The translations under genes were made by a program, and so were the position numbers. The notes beneath the pieces were generated by a model. It was not told the DNA's origin. It made no database searches and worked only from the letters and a program-made list of their open reading frames with translations. From Bacteriovoracaceae bacterium (lineage in GTDB: Bacteria; Bdellovibrionota; Bacteriovoracia; Bacteriovoracales; Bacteriovoracaceae): a stretch of 64,000 nt of DNA. Of this stretch, positions 39,635 through 48,625 are shown one piece after another (the first letter of the stretch is position 1; the number at the start of each line of letters is the position of its first letter). The stretch spans positions 64,001 through 128,000 of the forward strand of contig JBLWTJ010000003.1 in assembly GCA_048270185.1 (NCBI GenBank), read 5' to 3'.

Positions 39635-40654
39635 TTATGAAATTTCAAAATCATCGTGTCCTGGAATATCTTCTGGATGAGGTTCAACGATATCGACTCC
39701 TAGGTGGAGAATCCTTGTACCAGCATCACAATTAGGCCTAACATTCTTTCCAATGACAACACCTTCACGATTAGCACAGATTACTTCTTTAACTTGTCCA
39801 AAGACATCATAGACTTTAGCGATAACTTGTCCCTTTTCAACTTTATCCGCAAGTTTTGGTAGCACATCCACGATTCCACCTTTTGTCGAATAGATCCAAT
39901 ATGATTTATCACAGACGATCGTATCGGTAATGAGATCATGTACTTCACCTTCAATCATTTTAAAGTAGCGTAGGGTATTTAGAATTCCGTCAAGTGTCTC
40001 GTCAATGAGAGCGTGTTGAAATGCATTGGGATTTCCTATTTCAACTGTGATGGCATGAATGCCATTGTCATTGGCCCACGATCTTAATGTCCCTTCTTCA
40101 TCGTATTTTTGAACGATGATTTGTGGGTTCTGTAGGAAGGCAAGAGTTCTTGTTTCTTCTTTCTCTAGATCTGCTCGTAAGTAGAGACTGTTAACTCGGC
40201 CGTGGCTCGCTGTGTGTAGATCCAGTAGATAGTCGAATTTCGAGACAATTTTTTGAGTGAAGTAGTGAGCATAGATATTACTGGTATTGCCTTGAAGCTT
40301 TCCAGGCATAATTCTATTTAGATCCACGTTATCAGAGAAGTAGCGTTGGTTGGCAAGGTAGCCTGGAACGTTACTAATTGGAACCATAATTAGAGTACCA
40401 TTTAATTTTTTTGGATCAATCTCTTCAATTAGCTTGAAGATTGTTGATATTCCATTAAGCTCATTCCCGTGTATCGCTGCTGTGATACCAAAAACGGGAC
40501 CTTCACCTGAACCTTTAACAATTATTAAAGGTACTCGCCATGGAACTCCTAGAGAATTATCTGAGAGATGAATTTGCAGTCGGTGAACCTCTCCCTTTGC
40601 AAATGAGTTTAGGTCTATTTCTTCAGTTGTTTTTATTATTTGAATATCGCCCAT
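39635..40654 (-). CDS. Succinylglutamate desuccinylase/aspartoacylase family (M14) zinc deacylase
   Basis: HGNE, DLNR, DLH, VEIG; C-terminal barrel-sandwich region. Confidence 0.9.
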   Translation of the reverse strand: MGDIQIIKTTEEIDLNSFAKGEVHRLQIHLSDNSLGVPWRVPLIIVKGSGEGPVFGITAAIHGNELNGISTIFKLIEEIDPKKLNGTLIMVPISNVPGYLANQRYFSDNVDLNRIMPGKLQGNTSNIYAHYFTQKIVSKFDYLLDLHTASHGRVNSLYLRADLEKEETRTLAFLQNPQIIVQKYDEEGTLRSWANDNGIHAITVEIGNPNAFQHALIDETLDGILNTLRYFKMIEGEVHDLITDTIVCDKSYWIYSTKGGIVDVLPKLADKVEKGQVIAKVYDVFGQVKEVICANREGVVIGKNVRPNCDAGTRILHLGVDIVEPHPEDIPGHDDFEIS

Positions 40655-40667
40655 AATATTTACCTAA

Positions 40668-42101
40668 TTAAATCATAATCTCACTAAATAATGACTTATC
40701 ATTATCTAGGGATTGGAAGAGTTTACTTCTAAAAGTACCTTTCTTACTTGTTAGTTGTATTGCCATTTTATCAATTGCAACAATTGTTAAAATTGTTTGG
40801 ATATAGGCTTCAATAAGGTCATCTGTTCCAATACCAAGTGAATTAAAATCTTTTTGATCCATGAGCATAAGTCTTGACGTATCTGAGTCCCATTGGTTTT
40901 CACCTACTTTTACCGATAAGTTTGTCCCAAGAACATTCCAGCTATCTTCAGGGTACTTTGACTCAAGTGGTGTTCTTGCTCGTCTTGCATAAATTGCACA
41001 AGGCATGAAACCTTTCGGTGATGAATAAACCATCAGTCTTAGGTCGGCGATGTAAATATTTCCCTTCTTATTAGGAACAGTTCCGATATGAAAGAATTTA
41101 CCATGCTGACTAGTCGAACTCCATTCATAGTGACCAATTAAGCTTTGTACGATGAACTGATCGTATTGATAATCCATTTGCATGAAAGCATCGAGTTCTT
41201 CTTGATTCGTTATAGTAAAGACTCCTTGTCCTGCATTAGAATAAGGAATTTTAATAACGGCCTTGCCACCAAACTTTTGTACCCATAGTGGTATTTCTAG
41301 TTTTCCTACGTCTTTAATTGTTTCAGGAACTTGAATTTTTAAACCTGATTCAGCAATCTCTGAGTTGTAAAGTTCATAAGCTTTATTAGCGAGAAGTTTG
41401 TTACGTCCTCCAGAAAGACAAACAAGAGTTGAGTTATAGATAAAAGTTTTAGTTGTGGTAGGAATTCGATTCCACGGCTTTTGTGTAACATAACGAAATG
41501 CCGCACTAATAGGAACTTCTTTACCATTTTCTAATGTGATAATCATCACTCCATCTTCGAATCTTGTGTACTGCTCTTCTCCGTGAAAGTGGGGAACGAG
41601 ATAGACATCTTCACCTGTAAGATCTGCTAGTGTTGACGCATATCCAGAAGTTTCCATATAGTTCTTATCGTAGATTACTGCTAGTGCACCCTTAGGTAAT
41701 TTCTTTTTCTTCTTTTTTAAAGCGGGAAGGAATGAATTCTCAATAAGGAATTTATAACCACGATGTTCGTCTGAATCAGTTCTTGGTGGCATCGACTTTT
41801 GTCCTGATGGGCAAGAGTTTGTTTCGAGAACAACCATGCGACGATTACCTTGTTCAGTTGTAACATAGAATAGATCTGATCCCCCCCAGAAGAAGTGCTT
41901 ACATTCATAATTAAGAATTTCTCTCAGGGTATTTGTATCTATTTGTGGGTTTAGATGACTATATCTTTTAATAACTCTTTCGTGATCGAGATTTAGAAAG
42001 TGACTCACGAGAGGGTGTAGTTGAGAATTTAGTGCTTTTGGGTAGAAATGGTGCTCTTGTTCAAAATGATCAGGTTTAATGACCTCAATTCTTCTCTTCA
42101 A
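40668..42101 (-). CDS. Circularly permuted ATP-grasp ligase of unknown substrate
   Basis: GSD76...E93TN95SCP at the N-terminus; NKLLA, VIKIPYSNAGQGV, VQSLI, DLR, TNLS later; TTG start with GGAG RBS. Confidence 0.75.
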   Translation of the reverse strand: MKRRIEVIKPDHFEQEHHFYPKALNSQLHPLVSHFLNLDHERVIKRYSHLNPQIDTNTLREILNYECKHFFWGGSDLFYVTTEQGNRRMVVLETNSCPSGQKSMPPRTDSDEHRGYKFLIENSFLPALKKKKKKLPKGALAVIYDKNYMETSGYASTLADLTGEDVYLVPHFHGEEQYTRFEDGVMIITLENGKEVPISAAFRYVTQKPWNRIPTTTKTFIYNSTLVCLSGGRNKLLANKAYELYNSEIAESGLKIQVPETIKDVGKLEIPLWVQKFGGKAVIKIPYSNAGQGVFTITNQEELDAFMQMDYQYDQFIVQSLIGHYEWSSTSQHGKFFHIGTVPNKKGNIYIADLRLMVYSSPKGFMPCAIYARRARTPLESKYPEDSWNVLGTNLSVKVGENQWDSDTSRLMLMDQKDFNSLGIGTDDLIEAYIQTILTIVAIDKMAIQLTSKKGTFRSKLFQSLDNDKSLFSEIMI

Positions 42102-42214
42102 ATTAACTCCGAATAAATTGCAAATATTAATGGGTTAATTATAATCCTATAACTTAAATTCGTAGCTAATAATTTTTTTAAATTCTAATAAAAGATAAAT
42201 TATGTCGGCCAATG

Positions 42215-42490
42215 CTAACGTTTAACTGCTTCAGGCCTTAATTCCTCGACAAGATCAACCTTGCGTAAGTCCTTAACGATTTCTTGAGCAACATTAAATA
42301 GTTCAGGACTATCCATTCTTGCCGTATTTTGAATTTCCTTAACTAACTCTTGCACAGGAGTGGCCCCATTTAGCCCATTCCAAATAAAAGCGGCAATAAA
42401 GCTGACCTCAAAGCGCTTGCCCTGGGGGTTAACTAGGATTGGTGTTTGTGATGTAATCTTATTTTCAATATTTCCTTTTTTAATAAACAT
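42215..42490 (-). CDS. PqqD-family / RiPP recognition element-like protein
   Basis: 91 aa; F.VSFIAAFIWNGLNGATPVQELV...IVKDLRKVDLVE pattern; RBS GGAGG. Confidence 0.75.
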   Translation of the reverse strand: MFIKKGNIENKITSQTPILVNPQGKRFEVSFIAAFIWNGLNGATPVQELVKEIQNTARMDSPELFNVAQEIVKDLRKVDLVEELRPEAVKR

Positions 42491-42639
42491 AGCTACCTCC
42501 GTGTTAATTTAATCATACATTGCTAAGATTGATACACAATGCCAACTTGTTCGTATTTGGTATAACCTAATTAGCCAATCTCGCCCTTTCGGTATTTTGG
42601 AATTTGATTTATCTTAACTCCATGCCAAGACAAGGGGAT

Positions 42640-43791
42640 ATGATGAAACTTCGAAAGGAGATGCGTGGCGTAAAGCGCCTCGTTGTTAAAGTCGGAAGTA
42701 ATGTAATTACTAAAGAAAACGGTAGCTTAGATAGCCGAAAGATAAGAAAAATTGTTGAAGATATTTGTGACCTAATTGAGTCAGGTATTGAGGTCGTCCT
42801 GGTAAGTTCAGGGGCGGTTAGTGTCGGAAAGTCATTTCTTAAGGAACACCTACCTAGGCGTGGCCAAATCGATTTACAACATTCGGCCAGTGCCGTGGGA
42901 CAGCCAAAATTAATTAATACTTATTCAAGGCTATTTGAGGAGAATCAAATGATTTGCTCTCAAATTCTTCTAACACACGATGACTTTAGAAATCGTAAGA
43001 GGAATCTGCACGCTAAACAAAATATAAATGTTCTACTCAAAAATAATATAACACCAATTCTCAATGAGAATGATTCCATCTCTTTCACAGAAATTGCTCT
43101 GGGCGATAATGATCACCTCGCTGCTCAAACGGCTCAAATGATCAATGCTGATGCGCTTTTAATGATTACTTCAACTAACGGTCTATATGATCGTGATCCT
43201 GGTTTTAAAGATGCAAAACGAATCGCTGAGGTTCCATTTGGAAGTGACATCTTAGAGTCTGTAGATTTTCAAGGTAAGACGGCCGTTGGTAAAGGTGGCA
43301 TGGAATCTAAGGTGCACGCAATTACAAAAATCACACCACTTGGGATTAAGGCAATAATTAGTTCAATGGATACGGAGCGAATGATTATTGATCCATTAAC
43401 AAAAGATCTTGGAACTTATTTTGCACCAAAGAATGCTTATGACCCAGAAGAGAGAAAGGCATGGCTCCTATCAATGAAGAAGCCTAATTGCTATATCGAA
43501 GTTGATAAAGGTGCATTCCTGGCCTTAAACGAGAGTAAATCTCTTCTTCCAAAAGGAATCATAGATGTCTACGGACAATTCTATAAGGGAGACTGTGTCG
43601 ACATTATTTGTGATGGAGAAGTCTTTGCATCTGGTGTTTGCGAATACGGGCATTGTGAAGTTGAACAAATAAAAGGACGCCATAGTGATGAGATCGAAGA
43701 TGTCATTGGTTTTCGAACTTCATGTGAAGTCGTCCATACAATTAACTTAATTTTAGAAAAGGATATTATTGATGAAAAAATTAGCAACTAA
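42640..43791 (+). CDS. proB: Glutamate 5-kinase with PUA domain; start 42640
   Basis: VVKVGSN, VSSGAV, AVGQ, PILNEND, GDND, GKGGMESK. Confidence 0.95.
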   Translation: MMKLRKEMRGVKRLVVKVGSNVITKENGSLDSRKIRKIVEDICDLIESGIEVVLVSSGAVSVGKSFLKEHLPRRGQIDLQHSASAVGQPKLINTYSRLFEENQMICSQILLTHDDFRNRKRNLHAKQNINVLLKNNITPILNENDSISFTEIALGDNDHLAAQTAQMINADALLMITSTNGLYDRDPGFKDAKRIAEVPFGSDILESVDFQGKTAVGKGGMESKVHAITKITPLGIKAIISSMDTERMIIDPLTKDLGTYFAPKNAYDPEERKAWLLSMKKPNCYIEVDKGAFLALNESKSLLPKGIIDVYGQFYKGDCVDIICDGEVFASGVCEYGHCEVEQIKGRHSDEIEDVIGFRTSCEVVHTINLILEKDIIDEKISN

Positions 43792-45010
43792 AGTAAGAAA
43801 AGCTTCAAAGGACTTAATGAAACTTGATATCGAAACAAAGAATAAAATCTTTGACGAGTTAATTAAGAACCTCGATGAAAAGAGAAGCCTTATTATTGAA
43901 AAGAATCAACTTGATCTTGATGAAGCATTTAAAATGGACTTATCGAGTGCCATGGTCGATCGTCTAAAACTAACTAGTGAAAGAATTGATCAGATTATAG
44001 AAGGTGTCAGAACAATCAAGGAGCAACCTGAAATTGTTGGAAGCTTCTATGATGAATTCACTAACGACTTGGGCCTTAGAGTAAAAAAACAAAGAGTACC
44101 AATTGGTGTAATTCTTATGATCTTTGAAAGTCGCCCAAATGTTGTTGTGGACTGTGCTGCCCTTGCTCTTAAGTCTTCAAATGCCATTATCTTAAAAGGC
44201 GGTAAGGAAGCGAAGCACTCTAACGAAGTTTTAGGAAGTATTATCAAGGAAACCCTTGAGAAGTTTACTAATACCGATGTTGTTGAAGTTCTAGCTTCAG
44301 ATAATCGTAGTCACTTAAATGAATTATTAGAATTAAAAGATGAAATTGATGTTGTGATTCCTCGTGGAGGACACGGCTTAATTAATCACGTTTTCGAAAA
44401 TGCTAAAATGCCTGTGATTGCTCACTATCAAGGCCTTTGCCATATGTATATTGACTCTGAAGCTGATGTTGAAAAGGCCGTCTCTCTCGTTGAAAATGCA
44501 AAAACTCAACGCCCTGGTGTATGTAATGCTATTGAAACGCTTCTTATTCACAAGGATATCCTCCCTAAGGTGAATGATAAGCTTGCCAAGCGCTTACTTG
44601 CCAAGGGTTGTGAGTTGAGAGTTGACGAAAGATTTAATGACTTAACGAAAGGGACTTTTGTTAAGGCGTCAAAAGATGATTGGTCAACAGAGTATCTTGA
44701 TAATATTTTATCAATTAAGACTGTGGATAGTCTTGATGATGCAATTTCTCATATTGACCAATACGGAAGTAATCACTCTGAATGTATTATTTCTACAATA
44801 GAAGATAATTGTAACAAATTCCTAAGAAGTGTTGATGCAAGTTGTATTATGGTTAATGCATCAACTCGCTTTAATGATGGTGGACAGTTAGGTCTTGGTG
44901 CCGAACTTGGTATTTCAACAACAAAACTTCACGCTTATGGGCCAATGGGTGTTGAACAGATGACAACTTCTCGTTACGTTGTTGTTGGTGATGGACAGGT
45001 TAGGAGCTAG
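43772..45010 (+). CDS. proA: Gamma-glutamyl phosphate reductase
   Basis: PIGVI..IFESRPNV, LKGGKEA, IPRGG, VCNAIETLL, VNASTRFNDG, HAYGPMG. Confidence 0.96.
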   Translation: MKKLATKVRKASKDLMKLDIETKNKIFDELIKNLDEKRSLIIEKNQLDLDEAFKMDLSSAMVDRLKLTSERIDQIIEGVRTIKEQPEIVGSFYDEFTNDLGLRVKKQRVPIGVILMIFESRPNVVVDCAALALKSSNAIILKGGKEAKHSNEVLGSIIKETLEKFTNTDVVEVLASDNRSHLNELLELKDEIDVVIPRGGHGLINHVFENAKMPVIAHYQGLCHMYIDSEADVEKAVSLVENAKTQRPGVCNAIETLLIHKDILPKVNDKLAKRLLAKGCELRVDERFNDLTKGTFVKASKDDWSTEYLDNILSIKTVDSLDDAISHIDQYGSNHSECIISTIEDNCNKFLRSVDASCIMVNASTRFNDGGQLGLGAELGISTTKLHAYGPMGVEQMTTSRYVVVGDGQVRS

Positions 45011-45013
45011 TCT

Positions 45014-45841
45014 ATGACCGTTAAGAAAGTTGCCGTTATCGGCTGTGGAAATATGGCAAGTGCAGTTGTGCGCTCTTTAGATAAGAGTGACATAGCAGAT
45101 GAGCAATTTGAATTTTATACGTACACTCCTTCAAAGACTAAGGCCGTGAAACTAGCGCAAGAAGTGAATGGTTCTGTACTAGAGAGTCTTAAAGATATTG
45201 AAAAGTGTGATTATATAATGATTGCTTGTAAACCACAGCAGTTTAATGATCTGGCCAATAATTTAGAAGGTATAGATTTATCTTCTAAAGTAATCATTTC
45301 AATTATGGCCGGTATCTCTTTGGCCCAAATTAGTTCTACTTTAAGTACTTCTAAAATTATTAGACTTATGCCAAGTATTCCAATGGAGAGTGGAGAGGGG
45401 ATATGCTTATTAAAGTTCTCTTCAAAAGTTTCCCGTGAAGACAGTGAGTTTCTAAAGAATGCCCTTAAAGATTCTTCAAGTGTTTTTATTATTGAAGATG
45501 AGAAGCTCTTTGATAGGGTGACTGTTATCTCTGCTTCTGGGCCTGCTTATATTTACTACTTCATGTCGGCCATGGAAAAGAGTTTAGTTTCTTGGGGCAT
45601 GAAAGAAGAAGACTGCAGACCTCTTGTGGCCCAACTCTTTCGCGGGAGTGCAAAGAATGCTCTTGATAAATCATCATTTGACCTGGAACTTCTCATCGAT
45701 AAGGTAACTTCGAAGAAAGGCGTCACCATTGAGGCCATTGATAGTTTTCGCGAAGATGAAGTCGAAAAATCTATCCAGTTAGGTCTTTTCAAAGCTGTTC
45801 AGCGTTCAGAGCAGATTAGAGAGAGTATGGAGGGTAATTAA
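45014..45841 (+). CDS. proC: Pyrroline-5-carboxylate reductase
   Basis: IGCGNM, KPQ, SIMAG, RLMP, SGPAY, VTSKKGVT. Confidence 0.93.
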   Translation: MTVKKVAVIGCGNMASAVVRSLDKSDIADEQFEFYTYTPSKTKAVKLAQEVNGSVLESLKDIEKCDYIMIACKPQQFNDLANNLEGIDLSSKVIISIMAGISLAQISSTLSTSKIIRLMPSIPMESGEGICLLKFSSKVSREDSEFLKNALKDSSSVFIIEDEKLFDRVTVISASGPAYIYYFMSAMEKSLVSWGMKEEDCRPLVAQLFRGSAKNALDKSSFDLELLIDKVTSKKGVTIEAIDSFREDEVEKSIQLGLFKAVQRSEQIRESMEGN

Positions 45842-45844
45842 GGA

Positions 45845-45859
45845 TTAGGTAAACCCTAA
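45845..45859. promoter_or_regulatory. Palindrome TTAGG-TAAAC-CCTAA (LysR-type T-N11-A box candidate)
   Basis: Perfect 5-5-5 inverted repeat about 50 nt upstream of 45911; related sites at 11935, 42556 and 48578. Confidence 0.4.
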
Positions 45860-45910
45860 CTTGGGTCATTAGCAATTTAGTATGAATTTAGACAATGTTA
45901 AGGTGGATTT

Positions 45911-46096
45911 ATGAATAAGAAAAAATCAGAAAAATTAGTAAGTTGTCGTGTTCCTAAGAAGTCTTCGAATAATGCGAAGAAAGAGGACACTGTTGAAATC
46001 TCTAGGGCGAATCAGTTCAATATCGCCCAAAGACCCCTGGGCTTCCTTAGAAGAAGTCTAATCGAGGATGAGGATAACTGCCTCTCACGTCTCTAA
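45911..46096 (+). CDS. Small hypothetical protein with basic N-terminus
   Basis: RBS AAGGTGG; fills the gap ahead of the symporter gene. Confidence 0.55.
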   Translation: MNKKKSEKLVSCRVPKKSSNNAKKEDTVEISRANQFNIAQRPLGFLRRSLIEDEDNCLSRL

Positions 46097-46146
46097 TCAA
46101 GAAATAAATAATTAGATAATACCAATCACAAAAAAAGGATCGTTAA

Positions 46147-47628
46147 ATGATTGTTTACAGTTTCCTCTTTTTTTTACTCCTCTTTGTACTAATTGGAGTT
46201 TCTTCAAGTCTTAAAAGTAAGAAAAACAACTCAGATTATCTACTGGCCGGGCATAATACGCCTCCTTGGTTGGCCGCTTTATCCGCTGTTGCCACTAATA
46301 ATAGTGGGTACATGTTTATCGGACTCATTGGTTATACTTATACCAGTGGTATCCAAGCGTCATGGATTATGATCGGTTGGATCGTCGGTGATATTATGAT
46401 GAGCTTCTTTGTTCATAAGAAACTTCGTGAAATCACAGAAAAAGAAAATCTACTAAGTTTCGGTGGAGTTCTTTCTCGTTGGCAGCGCGGAACAAGTTTT
46501 AGAAAACTAAGATTCATTGTCGGTGTTATTACTATTCTTTTCTTAGGTGTTTATGCCGCTGCTCAGTTTAAGGCCGGATCAAAAGCACTACACGTACTCT
46601 TTGGTTGGGATTACAGTACTGGGGCCATTATCGGTGCCGTCATTGTTTTCGCTTACTGCCTTTCTGGTGGTATTAGAGCATCTATTTGGACGGATGCTGC
46701 ACAGTCGTTTGTTATGATCTTTGCCATGGCCATGCTCTTCTTTGTAGGAGTTAGCCAAGTTGGTGGATTCGATCAATATGTAACGAAACTAGATGCAGTC
46801 TCTCCAGGTTTCTTAAGCTTCATGCCAACAGGGCTTGATGTGGAAGGACCTACTGGGGTTTTCCTATTCATTCTTGGGTGGCTATTTGCTGGATTTGGTG
46901 TTGTTGGTCAGCCACATATTATGATTCGTTTTATGACGATTGATGATTCGAAGAATATGACTAAAACAAAAATCTATTATTATAGTTGGTATATTGCCTT
47001 TACGATCTTAACAATCGGAGTCGGGCTAACTGCAAGACTACTTCTAACAAACTCTGCTAATTTCGATGCAGAGCTTGCACTGCCACTAATGAGTCAGCAA
47101 TTACTACCTGAAGTATTAATTGGTGTTGTTCTTGCCGGTATTTTTGCTGCCACTATGTCGACTGCAGACTCGCAGGTACTGAGCTGTTCTGCCGCCTTTA
47201 CAAGGGATCTACTGCCTAAGAAATCAGATAATGTTTATCTAACAAAATTAGCAACGGCCGGGACGACAATTATTGCTCTTTGTGTTGCTCTATTTGGTAG
47301 TAAGAACGTCTTTGAACTAGTTCTCTTATCATGGTCGATTCTAGCCGCTTGCTTTGGTCCACTGCTTTTTATCTATGCTATCGGGAAGAAAGTATCAGAA
47401 ATTACGGCCATTACAATGGTTGTTGTTGGAGCCGTGGTGACAATCGTATGGATGAATTTAGGTTATGGATCAGTGATCTATGAAGTTGCACCAGGAATTA
47501 TGGCAGGGTTAATTGCTTACTTTATCCTTTCTCTTACTCCTCTAAATGAGATTGTTGATGACAATAAGGTTAAAGATAATCGTACTCAAAACTTAGGTAA
47601 CGATGGAAGCAGCGAACTCTCTAGTTAA
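46147..47628 (+). CDS. putP: Sodium/proline symporter (SSS family, PutP/OpuE-like)
   Basis: DYLLAG, ALSAVATNNSG, GGIRASIWTD, GQPHI..RFM, AATMSTADSQ. Confidence 0.85.
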   Translation: MIVYSFLFFLLLFVLIGVSSSLKSKKNNSDYLLAGHNTPPWLAALSAVATNNSGYMFIGLIGYTYTSGIQASWIMIGWIVGDIMMSFFVHKKLREITEKENLLSFGGVLSRWQRGTSFRKLRFIVGVITILFLGVYAAAQFKAGSKALHVLFGWDYSTGAIIGAVIVFAYCLSGGIRASIWTDAAQSFVMIFAMAMLFFVGVSQVGGFDQYVTKLDAVSPGFLSFMPTGLDVEGPTGVFLFILGWLFAGFGVVGQPHIMIRFMTIDDSKNMTKTKIYYYSWYIAFTILTIGVGLTARLLLTNSANFDAELALPLMSQQLLPEVLIGVVLAGIFAATMSTADSQVLSCSAAFTRDLLPKKSDNVYLTKLATAGTTIIALCVALFGSKNVFELVLLSWSILAACFGPLLFIYAIGKKVSEITAITMVVVGAVVTIVWMNLGYGSVIYEVAPGIMAGLIAYFILSLTPLNEIVDDNKVKDNRTQNLGNDGSSELSS

Positions 47629-48478
47629 ATATCTCTATCCAATTTCAATAACCCTCCTCTTTGTAGGAGGGTACTTTCTAACACTCTTCAATATAAGAAG
47701 GGTTGAAAAGAGAAAGCTTAAAAATATTCGTAAACGAGATATCAATGATGCAGTTGAAACGGAATCACCAGTTGATGATCAAGAAAAAGAATTAAAATCA
47801 CAAGGGGTCGAGGGAATCGAAGGACGATTTACTTTTATCTCTCGTGCTCTTCCAATTATCTTTTTTATTCTATGGTCATTACTTGTATCCATTCCATACC
47901 TTGGAAAAATTCCAACAGTCTATGTCTCAATTATTGCGGCCATTGTATCTGTAATTGCAGGTTTTTCGCTTAGACCTTTTTTAGAAAACCTCTTTGCTGG
48001 TGTGATCATTTCGTTTTTTAAGTCGATAAAAATTGGCGATACCGTAACGATTGACGGTCACTACGGCCTCATTGAAGAAATTGGACTGACTTACTCAGTC
48101 GTCAAGAAGTGGAATTGGGTTCGAATTGTCATACCTAACTCAAAGTTACTTGAAAAAGAAATTCAAAACTTCACGATGAATGATCATTATGTTTGGGCCC
48201 ATATCGAGTTCTTTGTTTCACCAAGTGCTGATTTGACAAAAGTTAAAGAGATCGCAATTGATATCGCAAAGAAGTCACCATACTTTGCAGATATTGAAGA
48301 CCCATCATTTTGGGTGATGAAATTAGACAAGGATGCAATTGAGTGTTGGCTTGCAGCTTGGGCCAATAGCCCAAGTGATGCGTGGGAGCTTCGAAATGAT
48401 ATGCGAACTCTCTTACATACCGAGCTACAAAAAGCCGGAATTGATTTTCATAAATTAAATATTAAAACACAGGAATAA
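47603..48478 (+). CDS. mscS: Small-conductance mechanosensitive channel family protein
   Basis: LENLFAG..I....IKIGDTVTID..G.IEEIGL, IVIPNS. Confidence 0.85.
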   Translation: MEAANSLVKYLYPISITLLFVGGYFLTLFNIRRVEKRKLKNIRKRDINDAVETESPVDDQEKELKSQGVEGIEGRFTFISRALPIIFFILWSLLVSIPYLGKIPTVYVSIIAAIVSVIAGFSLRPFLENLFAGVIISFFKSIKIGDTVTIDGHYGLIEEIGLTYSVVKKWNWVRIVIPNSKLLEKEIQNFTMNDHYVWAHIEFFVSPSADLTKVKEIAIDIAKKSPYFADIEDPSFWVMKLDKDAIECWLAAWANSPSDAWELRNDMRTLLHTELQKAGIDFHKLNIKTQE

Positions 48479-48480
48479 GT

Positions 48481-48570
48481 ATGAACTTTATAAAAAATAT
48501 TATTGAACGTATTCTAAGAATAATTCTTTTTGTCCTTAATCAGTTCTTCCCCCTTTCTTCAGATACTTAG
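48481..48570 (+). CDS. Candidate 29-aa small protein MNFIKNIIERILRIILFVLNQFFPLSSDT
   Basis: ATG 2 nt after the mscS stop with upstream AGGA; amphipathic/hydrophobic helix; not in the ORF track. Confidence 0.35.
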   Translation: MNFIKNIIERILRIILFVLNQFFPLSSDT

Positions 48571-48625
48571 AAGAGGCTTAGGTTTTTGCTAATTTGTGTT
48601 CAACTTGTTAAGCTAGGATGTATCA

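Noticed and set aside
40653..40667. TTAGGTAAAT on the minus strand resembling the TTAGG box
   Set aside because: No second half-site; better explained as the SD (AGGT) of the deacylase gene
42215..42490. PQQ biosynthesis or lasso-peptide cluster
   Set aside because: No pqqA/B/C/E, lasso cyclase or peptidase, or SPASM radical SAM gene nearby
45911..46096. Precursor peptide for the ATP-grasp/PqqD module
   Set aside because: Opposite strand, beyond proBAC, and no graspetide-type core repeats or leader motif; not supportable
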